Virus record (IMG/VR): IMGVR_UViG_3300032053_000041 | Span: 12,229-76,228 of that record | DNA: 64,000 nucleotides | Strand: one strand, 5' to 3' | DNA from: a virus | Shown here: piece after piece, positions 8,537-17,502 of the stretch | Layout of the letters: every line of letters begins with the position of its first letter | Numbering within the stretch: position 1 is the first letter of the stretch | Made by a program: the position numbers and the translations under genes | Notes under the pieces: model-generated | The model's input: only the letters and a program-made list of their open reading frames with translations | Told to the model about the DNA's origin: nothing | Databases searched by the model: none

Positions 8537-8746
8537 GTGAAGCAGCATGACCAACCGAAGCCGCTCGTGCACTGGTGCGTGTTCAACGACGGGGAGCCGG
8601 TGTGCGGGGCGAAGATGCCGGAGCCGCCGACGAGAAAGCCGTTCTCGTGGCCCGACCACTACCCGCGGGTGGCGACGTCTCAGAAATATGTGACGTGCGA
8701 AGCCTGCAAGGAGCACTGCGCCGGTCCGAACAAGGCGAACCGGTGA
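8537..8746 (+). CDS. small Cys-rich protein after the last site
   Basis: MKQ start in site 8537; H..C, CG, CxxC. Confidence 0.5.
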   Translation: MKQHDQPKPLVHWCVFNDGEPVCGAKMPEPPTRKPFSWPDHYPRVATSQKYVTCEACKEHCAGPNKANR

Positions 8747-8764
8747 GCAAGAAGGAAGAGGAAC

Positions 8765-8968
8765 ATGAAGTTCAGTGAAGTGATCGCGGCGCTGGAGGAC
8801 GGGAAGAAGGTCAGGCAGTCCGGCATCGAGGGAGACTACTACCAGTTGGTCTCGCCGGGTCAGGGACTGAATCGCCAGTTGGTGTACGTGTATCAAGACG
8901 GCAGCTGGGAGAACGCGGAACTCAGATTCAGCGGTCACATGCGCAACGACTGGTCGGTGGTCGAGTGA
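8765..8968 (+). CDS. small phage protein, possibly DUF2829-like
   Basis: MKFSEVIAALEDGKKVR...NDWSVVE pattern. Confidence 0.45.
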   Translation: MKFSEVIAALEDGKKVRQSGIEGDYYQLVSPGQGLNRQLVYVYQDGSWENAELRFSGHMRNDWSVVE

Positions 8969-9243
8969 CGCACAAGGCGTGGAACGTGGTCGTCATCGAA
9001 ACGGAGCCGGAGACGGCGTGCGCGCGGTGCAAGAACAAGAAGGAGTGCCGCGACGTACTCGGTGATGGCACGAAGCTGTGCTTCAGCTGCGCAACGTCGG
9101 CTGAGAAGGAAGCGTACGGACGTCGGATGTTCGGGTCGCCTTCCACCGGCTTGCGCGAGACAGCCGACCGTCTCTTCGATGGCCTGAATGACAAGGAGAA
9201 GGAACTCGTCAAACGTAGGTTCGCCAAGAGGGAGGGGAAGTAG
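8965..9243 (+). CDS. small Zn-finger protein
   Basis: CxxC...CxxC. Confidence 0.55.
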   Translation: MTHKAWNVVVIETEPETACARCKNKKECRDVLGDGTKLCFSCATSAEKEAYGRRMFGSPSTGLRETADRLFDGLNDKEKELVKRRFAKREGK

Positions 9244-10044
9244 ATGAGCAGCACCGGTCGCGGCAGCGAGCGCGAGGAGAACGACGTCTACCTGACGCGC
9301 TACCCGCTCGCGCTCGCGATCTGCGAGAAGCTGAAGGCCGACGGCGTCATCGTCGCGCCGAGCGTGATGATGGAGCCGAGCGCGGGGGGAGGCTCCTTCG
9401 TCAGTGCGATGGCCGAGACATGGGCCCCGCGAACGCTGTACTGCAACGACCTCAACAGCGGTCTGATCTTGCCGGAGCACGAGGACCGTGCCCGGTTCTG
9501 CATCGAGCGCGCCCACCTGGGCCGTCACGAGAGCCACGGCAAGCTGATCTCGCTGGAGGGCGACTTCCTGCAGATCGAGCAGCGGAATGTGCCTGGGATC
9601 CAGGCCATCGTGGGCAATCCGCCATTCACCTTCGCGGAGCAGCATGTCCGTCATGCGATCTCGCTGCTTGCCCCTGGTGGAGCGCTCGCCTTCCTCCTTC
9701 CTGTGAACTTCCTCTCGGGCATCAAGCGTGTCGGCGGGCTCTATCGGGAGCACCCGCCCGAGTACGTGTACGTGATCGACAAGCGCCCGCAGTTCGTGGA
9801 CGGCTACCGGATCAACAAGCACGGCAAGCGCGTGAAGAAGGGGACCGACTCGAACGAGTACGGCGTCTTCGTGTGGAGGAAAGAGCGCCCCGAATTTGAA
9901 CCAGTGATCCGGTGGCTTCAGTGGTCGAAGTACTTGCAGAGGTTCAAGAACAAAGTCGAGAGGGTCGAGATCCAGGTAGGACAGAACGTGGACACGGACG
10001 ACGAGGACGTGGCAGGCTCCGCGACCGCAGGAGAGACAGAATGA
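9244..10044 (+). CDS. DNA amino-methyltransferase (N6-adenine type)
   Basis: motif I EPSAGGG, motif IV GNPPF. Confidence 0.85.
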   Translation: MSSTGRGSEREENDVYLTRYPLALAICEKLKADGVIVAPSVMMEPSAGGGSFVSAMAETWAPRTLYCNDLNSGLILPEHEDRARFCIERAHLGRHESHGKLISLEGDFLQIEQRNVPGIQAIVGNPPFTFAEQHVRHAISLLAPGGALAFLLPVNFLSGIKRVGGLYREHPPEYVYVIDKRPQFVDGYRINKHGKRVKKGTDSNEYGVFVWRKERPEFEPVIRWLQWSKYLQRFKNKVERVEIQVGQNVDTDDEDVAGSATAGETE

Positions 10045-10883
10045 ACCGACGACTTATCGCGTTGCTGCTTTCGCTCACGCTCGTTCTCGGAATACATGCC
10101 GCCGCCGCTGACCAGCGGAGTGGTCTGGAGCGCTGGCTATTCGCGACGGCGAACAAGCTGGAGCACTCATCGGCTCCAGGCGAAACGCGAGAGGACTACG
10201 AACGGCGGCTCGGTGGCATGTCCGCCGCGCTCGCTCGCGCCACGAAGCCCTACGCGAACGGGCAGGGCTGGACGACGACCGAGCTAGGACTCGCGATGCT
10301 GACGCTGTGGCACGCGGAGACGTTGTTTGATCAGCGTGTCCACGCTGGTATGCAGCACCCGAAGTGGACCCAGGACAAGGGGCGCGCCCGGTGCCTTGGT
10401 CAGATCCACGTCTCGCTCCTTGTGCCGCAGTCGGAATGGGAGAAGCTGGTCGGAACGGACGAGGGAGCGACGCAGATGTGCGCAGATGCAACGGCCCGGA
10501 TCTGGGTTGCGCAGGCCCGGCAGTGCGGCGTCTGGTACGGTCAGCGAGCCGATCGGAACAAGGTAGCGAAGGTCTTCGCGGCCTACGCGAGCGGCGGCAA
10601 CTGCCGCCCCGGAGAGCGCGACTGGGCGCGAGCAGACAAGTGGTTGGCCGGCATCGCGCAGCGACCGGATCGGAGCCCGGTGAAGGGCTATCGCCGGGCG
10701 GCCCCTGCCGAGATCCCGTCGAATGTGAAGGAGGACGCTCGAACGCTTGCGACCGAACTCGCTCCTCCCGGTGGCCACAAAGTCGGCGCGCAGTTTCCCG
10801 TGTGGGGCTCGTTTCTGTTGCTTGTCGAGAAGCACGCCGAGGGCAAACTCGGAGTTTCCGTTCTGATGAAGGAGAGCACGTAA
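10041..10883 (+). CDS. secreted lysozyme-like/SLT-like protein
   Basis: N-terminal signal peptide; HAET (catalytic Glu position), CLGQI (GLMQ-like), AAYASG (AYNAG-like). Confidence 0.5.
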   Translation: MNRRLIALLLSLTLVLGIHAAAADQRSGLERWLFATANKLEHSSAPGETREDYERRLGGMSAALARATKPYANGQGWTTTELGLAMLTLWHAETLFDQRVHAGMQHPKWTQDKGRARCLGQIHVSLLVPQSEWEKLVGTDEGATQMCADATARIWVAQARQCGVWYGQRADRNKVAKVFAAYASGGNCRPGERDWARADKWLAGIAQRPDRSPVKGYRRAAPAEIPSNVKEDARTLATELAPPGGHKVGAQFPVWGSFLLLVEKHAEGKLGVSVLMKEST

Positions 10884-11089
10884 TGTCACCCGAGAAGGCC
10901 GCGAAGAGGCACCCGCACTGCGGCGTGGAAGGGCACGGACCGGCACATCGGTTCGACGCGATCGACTGCTACGCCTGTATGGAGTGCGACGAGTGGCTCG
11001 AAGAGAAGTGCACCGAACCGGACTGTGCCTTCTGCAAGCAGCGCCCGGCTCGCCCGCCAGCGCCCGGCGCGGCCTCGTCACCTCCGTGA
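10883..11089 (+). CDS. small Cys-rich protein
   Basis: CxxC, CxxxxCxxC. Confidence 0.45.
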   Translation: MSPEKAAKRHPHCGVEGHGPAHRFDAIDCYACMECDEWLEEKCTEPDCAFCKQRPARPPAPGAASSPP

Positions 11090-11213
11090 GTCTCCTGTGC
11101 CGCAGGGCCTCCGAGCGCACTGATCGGCGCCGCGATCCCGGCCATCGCCTCCGGTTTTAGCGCAGAAACGCCCCTCCTTCCCACGGGCATACGATCGGGC
11201 TAGACTACGGCAC

Positions 11214-11744
11214 ATGTTCGGCAACGCCCCCAGCGTCTTCGACAACGTCGCCCCAGAACACAGGCCGGACTCCTCGGGTCCTCCTCTACATGATCAGATC
11301 GCCGGGGTTGGCGCAAGCCCGGACGGTCTCGGGGCCGGTCCGGGCGGCATGGGCGCGTACGCTCGACCGACGGCCGGGACCGGCGAGTACTTCGTGCCGG
11401 CAGACGGCATGGGCGCGTACGCCAGGCCCACCGGGATGGGCGGACAGATCGATTTCTTGGAGCCGGCCGATGCGTCCCCTGCCGCGGCGATGCGCTCGGC
11501 GGGCATCACGGCGCTCGTGGCGGCCGTTGCTTTCGGTGGCGGGCTCGCGTTCGGCGGCCCATGGGGCGGCGTGTCCGGGATCATGGTCTCGGGCTCGGCA
11601 TTCAACGTGTACCGCGCCCAGAAGTGGTGGGGCAGCGCGGACGCGAGCGAGAAGCACGAGGCCGTCGTGAGCGCGATGTTCGCGGCCATCGGCATCGCTG
11701 CTGGCGGGTACACCGCGTACCAGGCGTACCAGGCGAAGCGGTAG
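11214..11744 (+). CDS. membrane protein with GMGAYARPT repeats
   Basis: three hydrophobic segments, 2 internal repeats. Confidence 0.6.
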   Translation: MFGNAPSVFDNVAPEHRPDSSGPPLHDQIAGVGASPDGLGAGPGGMGAYARPTAGTGEYFVPADGMGAYARPTGMGGQIDFLEPADASPAAAMRSAGITALVAAVAFGGGLAFGGPWGGVSGIMVSGSAFNVYRAQKWWGSADASEKHEAVVSAMFAAIGIAAGGYTAYQAYQAKR

Positions 11745-11752
11745 GAGCACAC

Positions 11753-12631
11753 ATGGCAGGCGATGCGGCCCCGTCCGGGGCAACGATGGTCGACGCGCAG
11801 CTGACGAACGTGCGGGTGCTCAAGCCCGCGCCGAACTTCGAGCGGAACTACCAGGGCAAGTCAGCGATCATCCCCATCGCTTTCCCAGGGACACGTGATC
11901 CTCGTGCGGAAGAGAGCGCGCCCGGCTTCTCTCCGAATCTGATGAAGGGCATCGCGGTTCCGCAAGGCGCGAGGGTGCTCCTCCAGTTCCCGATCTGCTG
12001 GGCACCGCTCGGTACTTTCCCGAACGCGGTCAACCCCTTTCAGTTCTACAGCTACCGCCTCATCTGGCGGTACCAGAACCTCAACAGCTACAGGAACCCG
12101 GCCGCAAAGACGCGCCGAGCCCCGTACCACTTTCCCAGGCAGAGCCCTGGAGCGCCGGAGACAATCCTGGGCGTTCCTGTGCCCCGCGTGACCATTCCTG
12201 CGTCCTGGCATGTGGTTGCGTACCAGCAGACGGAACCGCTCACAGGTGCTGGCAGTCTCGTTGTCCGAATCGAGGACATCATTCCGCGGTTGGATTCGGT
12301 CGCGGATTTCGTGCAGCCTCTGCTGCCCGACGGACAACCCGGCGTCATTCAGCAGGGCGTCCTTGATCCGACCGCGACCGGGGGCGGACAGATGCCGATC
12401 TTCGCGCCCTTCTGGACAGACGCAGAGGGTGACGAACTGCTCATCCTCGCGAAACGTGTCGGGGCCACTGCCCTTCCTGGGGACGTCTGGGACTTCACGA
12501 GCGGGTACAACGGCGTGTCTCCGCCACCGCAGGGAGACCTCGCCTTCTCGAACATCTACGGCACGGGCGACGGGCGGCACGAGTCGTTCCGCGACCTCGG
12601 TATCTACATGCAGACCGGGACGACGCCCTGA
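11753..12631 (+). CDS. putative virion structural protein
   Basis: Pro/Gly/beta-rich, RBS GGAG. Confidence 0.5.
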   Translation: MAGDAAPSGATMVDAQLTNVRVLKPAPNFERNYQGKSAIIPIAFPGTRDPRAEESAPGFSPNLMKGIAVPQGARVLLQFPICWAPLGTFPNAVNPFQFYSYRLIWRYQNLNSYRNPAAKTRRAPYHFPRQSPGAPETILGVPVPRVTIPASWHVVAYQQTEPLTGAGSLVVRIEDIIPRLDSVADFVQPLLPDGQPGVIQQGVLDPTATGGGQMPIFAPFWTDAEGDELLILAKRVGATALPGDVWDFTSGYNGVSPPPQGDLAFSNIYGTGDGRHESFRDLGIYMQTGTTP

Positions 12632-12678
12632 GCGATTTCCACATGTCCGACAACTACAGCTAGAAAGAGAGCAAGCAC

Positions 12679-13134
12679 ATGCACAAGGGAGCCAGGATCA
12701 ACGGGGGAGACTACTTCGACGACATCGCGCAGCGCGAGGACGCGGGCGTGTTCGGGGGCCTCGGCGTCGAGGACTACGAGGGCATCAAGGAGTCGATCAG
12801 CCCCGACGGGCTCGTCATCCGGATGAACTGCCGGGTGTGCGGCAAGCAGCACGACGTCACCCTGGAGTGGCAGGAGCTTTTCATCGTCGGCAGCAACGGC
12901 CCTGGACTGTCGCCGATGATGCCGCCTGGGTGGACGTACAGCGAGAACAACGCGAAGCTCTACCCGACGAACATCCCGTGCTCCAAGTGCGGGGACAAGC
13001 TCTGCCCGCAGGTGACTCCAGACGAGGCGCGCGAGCGGGTGAACGATGCGGTTCAGCGAAGCATGATCCCGCCGCAGGCGCTCGCGGGCTGGAGGCATCA
13101 GGTGGCGATGTACCGCGGCCACCAAGGCGGCTGA
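12679..13134 (+). CDS. Zn-binding hypothetical protein
   Basis: two CxxC motifs. Confidence 0.6.
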   Translation: MHKGARINGGDYFDDIAQREDAGVFGGLGVEDYEGIKESISPDGLVIRMNCRVCGKQHDVTLEWQELFIVGSNGPGLSPMMPPGWTYSENNAKLYPTNIPCSKCGDKLCPQVTPDEARERVNDAVQRSMIPPQALAGWRHQVAMYRGHQGG

Positions 13135-13150
13135 CGTCCAGCCCCAGCAC

Positions 13151-13699
13151 ATGAGCGCGTGTCCCGAGATCCGCTCGCCCCTCACCGTCGAGGAGGCGGA
13201 GGCCGTCATCGAGCCTTACTTCCTCGCGGTGCGGGATGTGTTCGTCGGGAACGGGGCGACGAAGTGCAAGCGCGTGACGCTGGAGATCGCGCCGTGGATC
13301 CACGATTCGCCGCGGCACTTCGCGGCGACTGAGGAGAGCGGCAAGCTCATGGTCGTGTCCCCGGAGTTCGCGGAGCTTCCGGAGGACACGGTCATCGCGA
13401 TCCTGAGCCACGAGTTCGGGCACGCCGTCGACTTCCTGTACCCCGGTGAATACATGCTCGTGGACGACGGGGAGCTTGTGAAGATGCCGCGCGTGCCGCC
13501 GGGCAAGCTCGATCTGAAGGGCACGCAGGCGAGCGTGGCGAGGTCGCGTTCGTGGAGGGACCGGGACAAGGACACGATCGAGCGCACAGCGGACTCGATC
13601 GCTGAGATGTTCACGGGGCACCTCATCGGGTACTGCGGCCCGTGCGAGCTTCAGTGCTTCGATCGAGGGCACAGACCTCGGAGACCGGGACTGCGGTGA
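13151..13699 (+). CDS. zincin-like metallopeptidase
   Basis: HEFGH motif and downstream 'IERTAD' third-ligand helix. Confidence 0.65.
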   Translation: MSACPEIRSPLTVEEAEAVIEPYFLAVRDVFVGNGATKCKRVTLEIAPWIHDSPRHFAATEESGKLMVVSPEFAELPEDTVIAILSHEFGHAVDFLYPGEYMLVDDGELVKMPRVPPGKLDLKGTQASVARSRSWRDRDKDTIERTADSIAEMFTGHLIGYCGPCELQCFDRGHRPRRPGLR

Positions 13700-14415
13700 T
13701 GTACGGGAACGAGATTCTCACTACCGTCCACAACGGACGGTACGGCACCTGGCCGGTGTCGATAAATCCCACGTACACGAGGACGGTGTTCCTCTACCAG
13801 AGGCGCGATTACACATACGGCAACGAGCCGTCGCGCGAGACGTTGCGCCGTCAACTCGACGAGTTCAAGCGTCTCACAGAGACGACGCTGGAGCAGAAGC
13901 AACGGATCTCGCGCGAGCGAAACCGTCGCCATATCAGGAGCGCCAAGCTGTTCGCTCCGCCGCCGCTCGTCGAGACGATGTTCAGCAAGCCCACGTTCGT
14001 GCGCCGCGCGTGCGGCGGACGATGGAGAGTGAGGACACCATGATTGCGACGGTAACAGGGGACTCGCGGTGCCAAGAAGAGATCGCGCCAGGAGATCGGT
14101 ACCTTCTGTTGATCCCAGGGCTGCCGATCGAGCGCCAGCCGGATGTGGTCCATACGGTCGCTGAGATCAGCGACGGGTTCGTGCGTTGGGAAGAAGGGGG
14201 CCGCAGCGGAGTCGGGGTCATCCGGACTGGGCACTGGAGACGACTGCCATGACGCCGATGAAGTGCTCGAAGCACGAGCTACGACCTGGGGAGCTTGCGG
14301 ATTCGCCGCGGTACACGCGGGCGCTGCGAGAGTCACTGACCTGCTGGCGCTGTCGGCTGCTCGCTGTCAGGGCTTACGTCAAGTACTGGGTGGACACGAA
14401 CATCGATCTGATGCC

Positions 14416-14661
14416 CTAGTACCTACCGGTAGGGCTCGTCAGGCGTCCACGGGGCTGCTCGTCGAGGGCCTCGATGACGGCGACGCGCGTGGCGAGTTGC
14501 CCTACGTCGTGCTTGATCCCGTCCATGCCGTTGCGCAGGCGCTCCTCGCTCGCGAGGATCTCCTTGCGCAGCACTTGCTCGGACTTGAAGTAGAAGACGA
14601 GCATCGAGACGATCATCGCGCCGATCGTGAGCCCCATCTGCAGCCACGCCTGGGGCTCCAT
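14416..14661 (-). CDS. single-TM plus coiled-coil protein (holin-like)
   Basis: N-terminal hydrophobic helix then heptad 'VGQLATRVAVIE'. Confidence 0.45.
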   Translation of the reverse strand: MEPQAWLQMGLTIGAMIVSMLVFYFKSEQVLRKEILASEERLRNGMDGIKHDVGQLATRVAVIEALDEQPRGRLTSPTGRY

Positions 14662-15011
14662 GATCACCAGAACCTCTTGAGGTCGTTCATGGCGCGGCGT
14701 CGGGCCTCGCAGGGTGTGCACGGCTTCTGTCCCATGGCCCGAGCGATGGGTTTGGCCACCGCGGCGAAGGCGTCTCCGAGACGGAGGGAGCCCTTGGGGG
14801 CCTGGTGGGTCCGGTGGGCCTGGGCGAACGAGGCCACGTCATGTGACGAGCGCTGCAGCCCCCCGACGCCGCAGACCTCGCAGTAGACGTCGATGCCGTC
14901 CTGTCGGGTGCCGACCAGCACCCATTGGATCTCCGGCGAAAACCGCTGCATCCTGGGACACATGTTGGTGCAGCTTCCTCCGGCCGACAAGCCCTGTTAG
15001 CATGTGCCCCG

Positions 15012-15593
15012 ATGTCAACGGCCCCCTACGTCCTGGGAGGAATCGCCGGGTTGGCGCTCGTGAAGGCGCTGTTTCGGCCGCACCGAGCGGTCGTGCGGGA
15101 GGGCGGCGTGGCGGCATGTCCCGGACCGAACCGGTACCGGGTCTGTGATGCGAGCGTGGCCATTGACGCCGCCGCCGGGACGGACGTCTACGCGACGGCG
15201 AGCGGCCGCGTCGCGGCGCTCGGGGACCGGTTCGTCCACATCGCGGCACATGACGAGCCGGTGGTGCTCATGTACGACGGCGTGGTTCCTTCGCTGGTGC
15301 GGGAGGGACAGTACGTCGGTCGCGGGCAGAAGATCGGCGAGTCGAAGGGCCGCGTCTACCTCGGCGTCACGCAGTTCATGCCCGGCGGCAAGCTCGTGAA
15401 GATCGACCCGTCCTCGTGGCTCGCGTCGCGCGGGCAGAAGATCGCGGCGACGTACACGGGGCCTGGGACGGCGTGGTGCGAGCAGGGACGTCACATCGAG
15501 GTGCCGGCGAGCGCCGGGACGGCGTGCAACCTGTACGAGCCGGAGCGCGGCGGCTTCGCGCTGCTCCCGGTGACCGTCAGCGTGGAGAGGTAG
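15012..15593 (+). CDS. M23 peptidase-like protein, probably catalytically inactive
   Basis: GTDVYATASGRV...VREGQYVGRGQKIG; HxxxD and HxH absent; N-terminal TM. Confidence 0.6.
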   Translation: MSTAPYVLGGIAGLALVKALFRPHRAVVREGGVAACPGPNRYRVCDASVAIDAAAGTDVYATASGRVAALGDRFVHIAAHDEPVVLMYDGVVPSLVREGQYVGRGQKIGESKGRVYLGVTQFMPGGKLVKIDPSSWLASRGQKIAATYTGPGTAWCEQGRHIEVPASAGTACNLYEPERGGFALLPVTVSVER

Positions 15594-15596
15594 TCC

Positions 15597-16718
15597 ATGT
15601 CGAGATACGGCACGATCCTTGGCGGCTCAGCCAACGCGGTGTCCTTCATCGTTCAGGGCGCGACACCGGAAGCCCTGCTCGCCGCGTCTGGAGTGGCCTG
15701 GCTCGCGACGTTCGGGCCACTGCAGGATCCGGTCATCACGTCGATCGCGCTCACGGGCGCGGGCGACGGGCACATGTTCTTCCTGGAGGTCCAGGGCACG
15801 TCAGGCGTCAATGCAGAGGGCGGCCTCGATGCCACCACGATCAGCGCCCAGGGGTTCATTGGAGCGGAGGCCGAGGTACTGACGAAGGCACTTCAGGCTG
15901 TGCAGAACGCATCCCCTATCGTGGATGTGCAGATCGCGGGCTCCGCGAAGGGACAGAGGGTGCTCGGAATCGTGATCTCGGGGACGCTGCTCGGGGGCGG
16001 GGGCGGAGGAGGGTTCAACTACCCGAACCGGGTGGACTGTTCCGTGAACTCTGCCCACGTGCAGGATCCGTACGACGCTACCCCTGTGCTGCACGCGCAA
16101 TCGGGAGGGAACGTCGCTGGCGGCTATAACGGCGGCGGAGTCGGAAACAAGACCATCCTCGGCTACCGCGTTGGCGACTTGCTGCCTCTCTCGCAGCTGG
16201 TCAGCGTCGAATACACGTGGCTCGATCTGAATCCGGCGACGAGTGGGCTGCCTGTCTACGCCAACTTCGTCATCGCCTTAAACGGTCTTCTTGGCTCCGC
16301 GATCTACAAGATCGGAGTCATCGATCCGGCATCCCCGGCAGCGCTCGCCAACGGATCCACGGTCGTTAACCCTGACGGATCTCGTACGACCACGTGGCTT
16401 GCCGCCAGTATGAACCTGCTTCTCGTGAACGCCCTGGCCTCTCCTGGCTTCGCGGTCGGTCCTCCGTTCGTTGCTCCTACCGTGTCTCTTGCTCCGTTGC
16501 CACCGGCAGGAAACTGGCCGAGCAACAGCTACTCGCTCGCGGCCATCCTGGCTGCATACCCCGGAGCGACGCTTGCGGAGGCGTCGAGCCTCGACGGGGG
16601 GCTCCCCAAGGCCCCGAACAAAACGCCGGCCTTCATGCTGGTCACCGGAGACTCGACCAACCAGATCATTAGAGCCTTCAAGCTCTCGGACGTGAAGTTC
16701 AACGGGGTCCGCGTATGA
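15597..16718 (+). CDS. putative virion/fibre protein with N-terminal GDGH...AKG domain
   Basis: N-domain shared with 22175, 23722, 24196; poly-Gly linker. Confidence 0.55.
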   Translation: MSRYGTILGGSANAVSFIVQGATPEALLAASGVAWLATFGPLQDPVITSIALTGAGDGHMFFLEVQGTSGVNAEGGLDATTISAQGFIGAEAEVLTKALQAVQNASPIVDVQIAGSAKGQRVLGIVISGTLLGGGGGGGFNYPNRVDCSVNSAHVQDPYDATPVLHAQSGGNVAGGYNGGGVGNKTILGYRVGDLLPLSQLVSVEYTWLDLNPATSGLPVYANFVIALNGLLGSAIYKIGVIDPASPAALANGSTVVNPDGSRTTTWLAASMNLLLVNALASPGFAVGPPFVAPTVSLAPLPPAGNWPSNSYSLAAILAAYPGATLAEASSLDGGLPKAPNKTPAFMLVTGDSTNQIIRAFKLSDVKFNGVRV

Positions 16719-16897
16719 GCTACACGCCGGTCACGAACAACCCGATCGACGACACCACGCCGGAGCCAACAATGGGCCCTACGTCTGCGCGCCCGTTGTT
16801 CCCTGCGGTGACGCAGATGTACTTCGACACGACGCTGGACGAACCGATCTGGTGGAACGGATCCGGTTGGATCAACGCGATGGGAGCCTCGGTATGA
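16715..16897 (+). CDS. small fibre-associated protein
   Basis: 'RP...YFDTTL..PIWWNG..W.NA.G' motif typical of phage fibre knob segments. Confidence 0.55.
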   Translation: MSYTPVTNNPIDDTTPEPTMGPTSARPLFPAVTQMYFDTTLDEPIWWNGSGWINAMGASV

Positions 16898-17502
16898 CCG
16901 TTCGTGACAAGACCGGGACATCTGGCCGCGGCACGCCGCGCGTGCCGCCGGCCGGCGGTGGCGGTCCGCCTGGGCCGCAGGGGCCGCAGGGACCGCAGGG
17001 AGACGTCGGGCCGCAGGGACCGCAGGGAGACGTCGGGCCGCAGGGACCGCAGGGAGACGTCGGGCCGCAGGGACCGCAGGGAGACGTCGGGCCGCAGGGA
17101 CCGCAGGGACCGCAGGGAGCCTCGAACGGGTTTATCTTCTGGGGCGCTGGCACCCTCGCTCTCACCGCGGTGACACGCTTCCTGCGTCCCGGCTACCAGA
17201 GCGGGCTCGCTCCGACGACCAGCGTTCGCATGCCCATCACGCGAGCGGGCACGCTGCAACGGTTGTTCGTTCGCTGCCGCGTCGCTGGAGCGGGAGTGAA
17301 CAACATCACCTACACCGTGCTCCTGAACGGAGTGGCCACTACGCTTGCCGTGTCAATGCTGCCGACTGCCGTGTCCGCGTCGAACGTCGTGAACACGGTA
17401 GCCGTGGCTGCTGGAGACTTCGTCGAGCTTCAAGTCACGAAGGCCGGCGTCATCGTCACGACTCCGACAGACGTCGAAGTCGCCTTTGAGGAGGCCGCCT
17501 AA
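16894..17502 (+). CDS. collagen-like fibre protein
   Basis: (GPQ/GDV)n triple-helix repeat plus beta C-domain. Confidence 0.8.
   Translation: MTVRDKTGTSGRGTPRVPPAGGGGPPGPQGPQGPQGDVGPQGPQGDVGPQGPQGDVGPQGPQGDVGPQGPQGPQGASNGFIFWGAGTLALTAVTRFLRPGYQSGLAPTTSVRMPITRAGTLQRLFVRCRVAGAGVNNITYTVLLNGVATTLAVSMLPTAVSASNVVNTVAVAAGDFVELQVTKAGVIVTTPTDVEVAFEEAA
16972..17118 (+). repeat. 27-bp tandem repeat x4 (GGGCCGCAGGGACCGCAGGGAGACGTC) plus partial units
   Basis: read directly; encodes collagen. Confidence 0.9.

Larger units (their letters stand above)
5726..8746 (+). mobile_element. putative gene-cassette array delimited by direct RTGAAGCA sites
   Basis: RTGAAGCA at 5726, 6016, 6520, 6932, 7221, 7434, 7806, 7925, 8145, 8324, 8537, all at gene junctions; one cassette duplicated joint-to-joint. 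Confidence 0.65.

Noticed and set aside
5726-8746. CRISPR array or classical integron
   Set aside because: Repeats are only 8 bp with 119-504 bp gene-bearing units; no cas genes, no attC hairpins, no adjacent intI.
12643-12678. TAG readthrough (MSDNYS*KESKH in frame with 12679), suggesting recoding
   Set aside because: Many genes end normally at TAG, and ATG 12679 is a plausible start.
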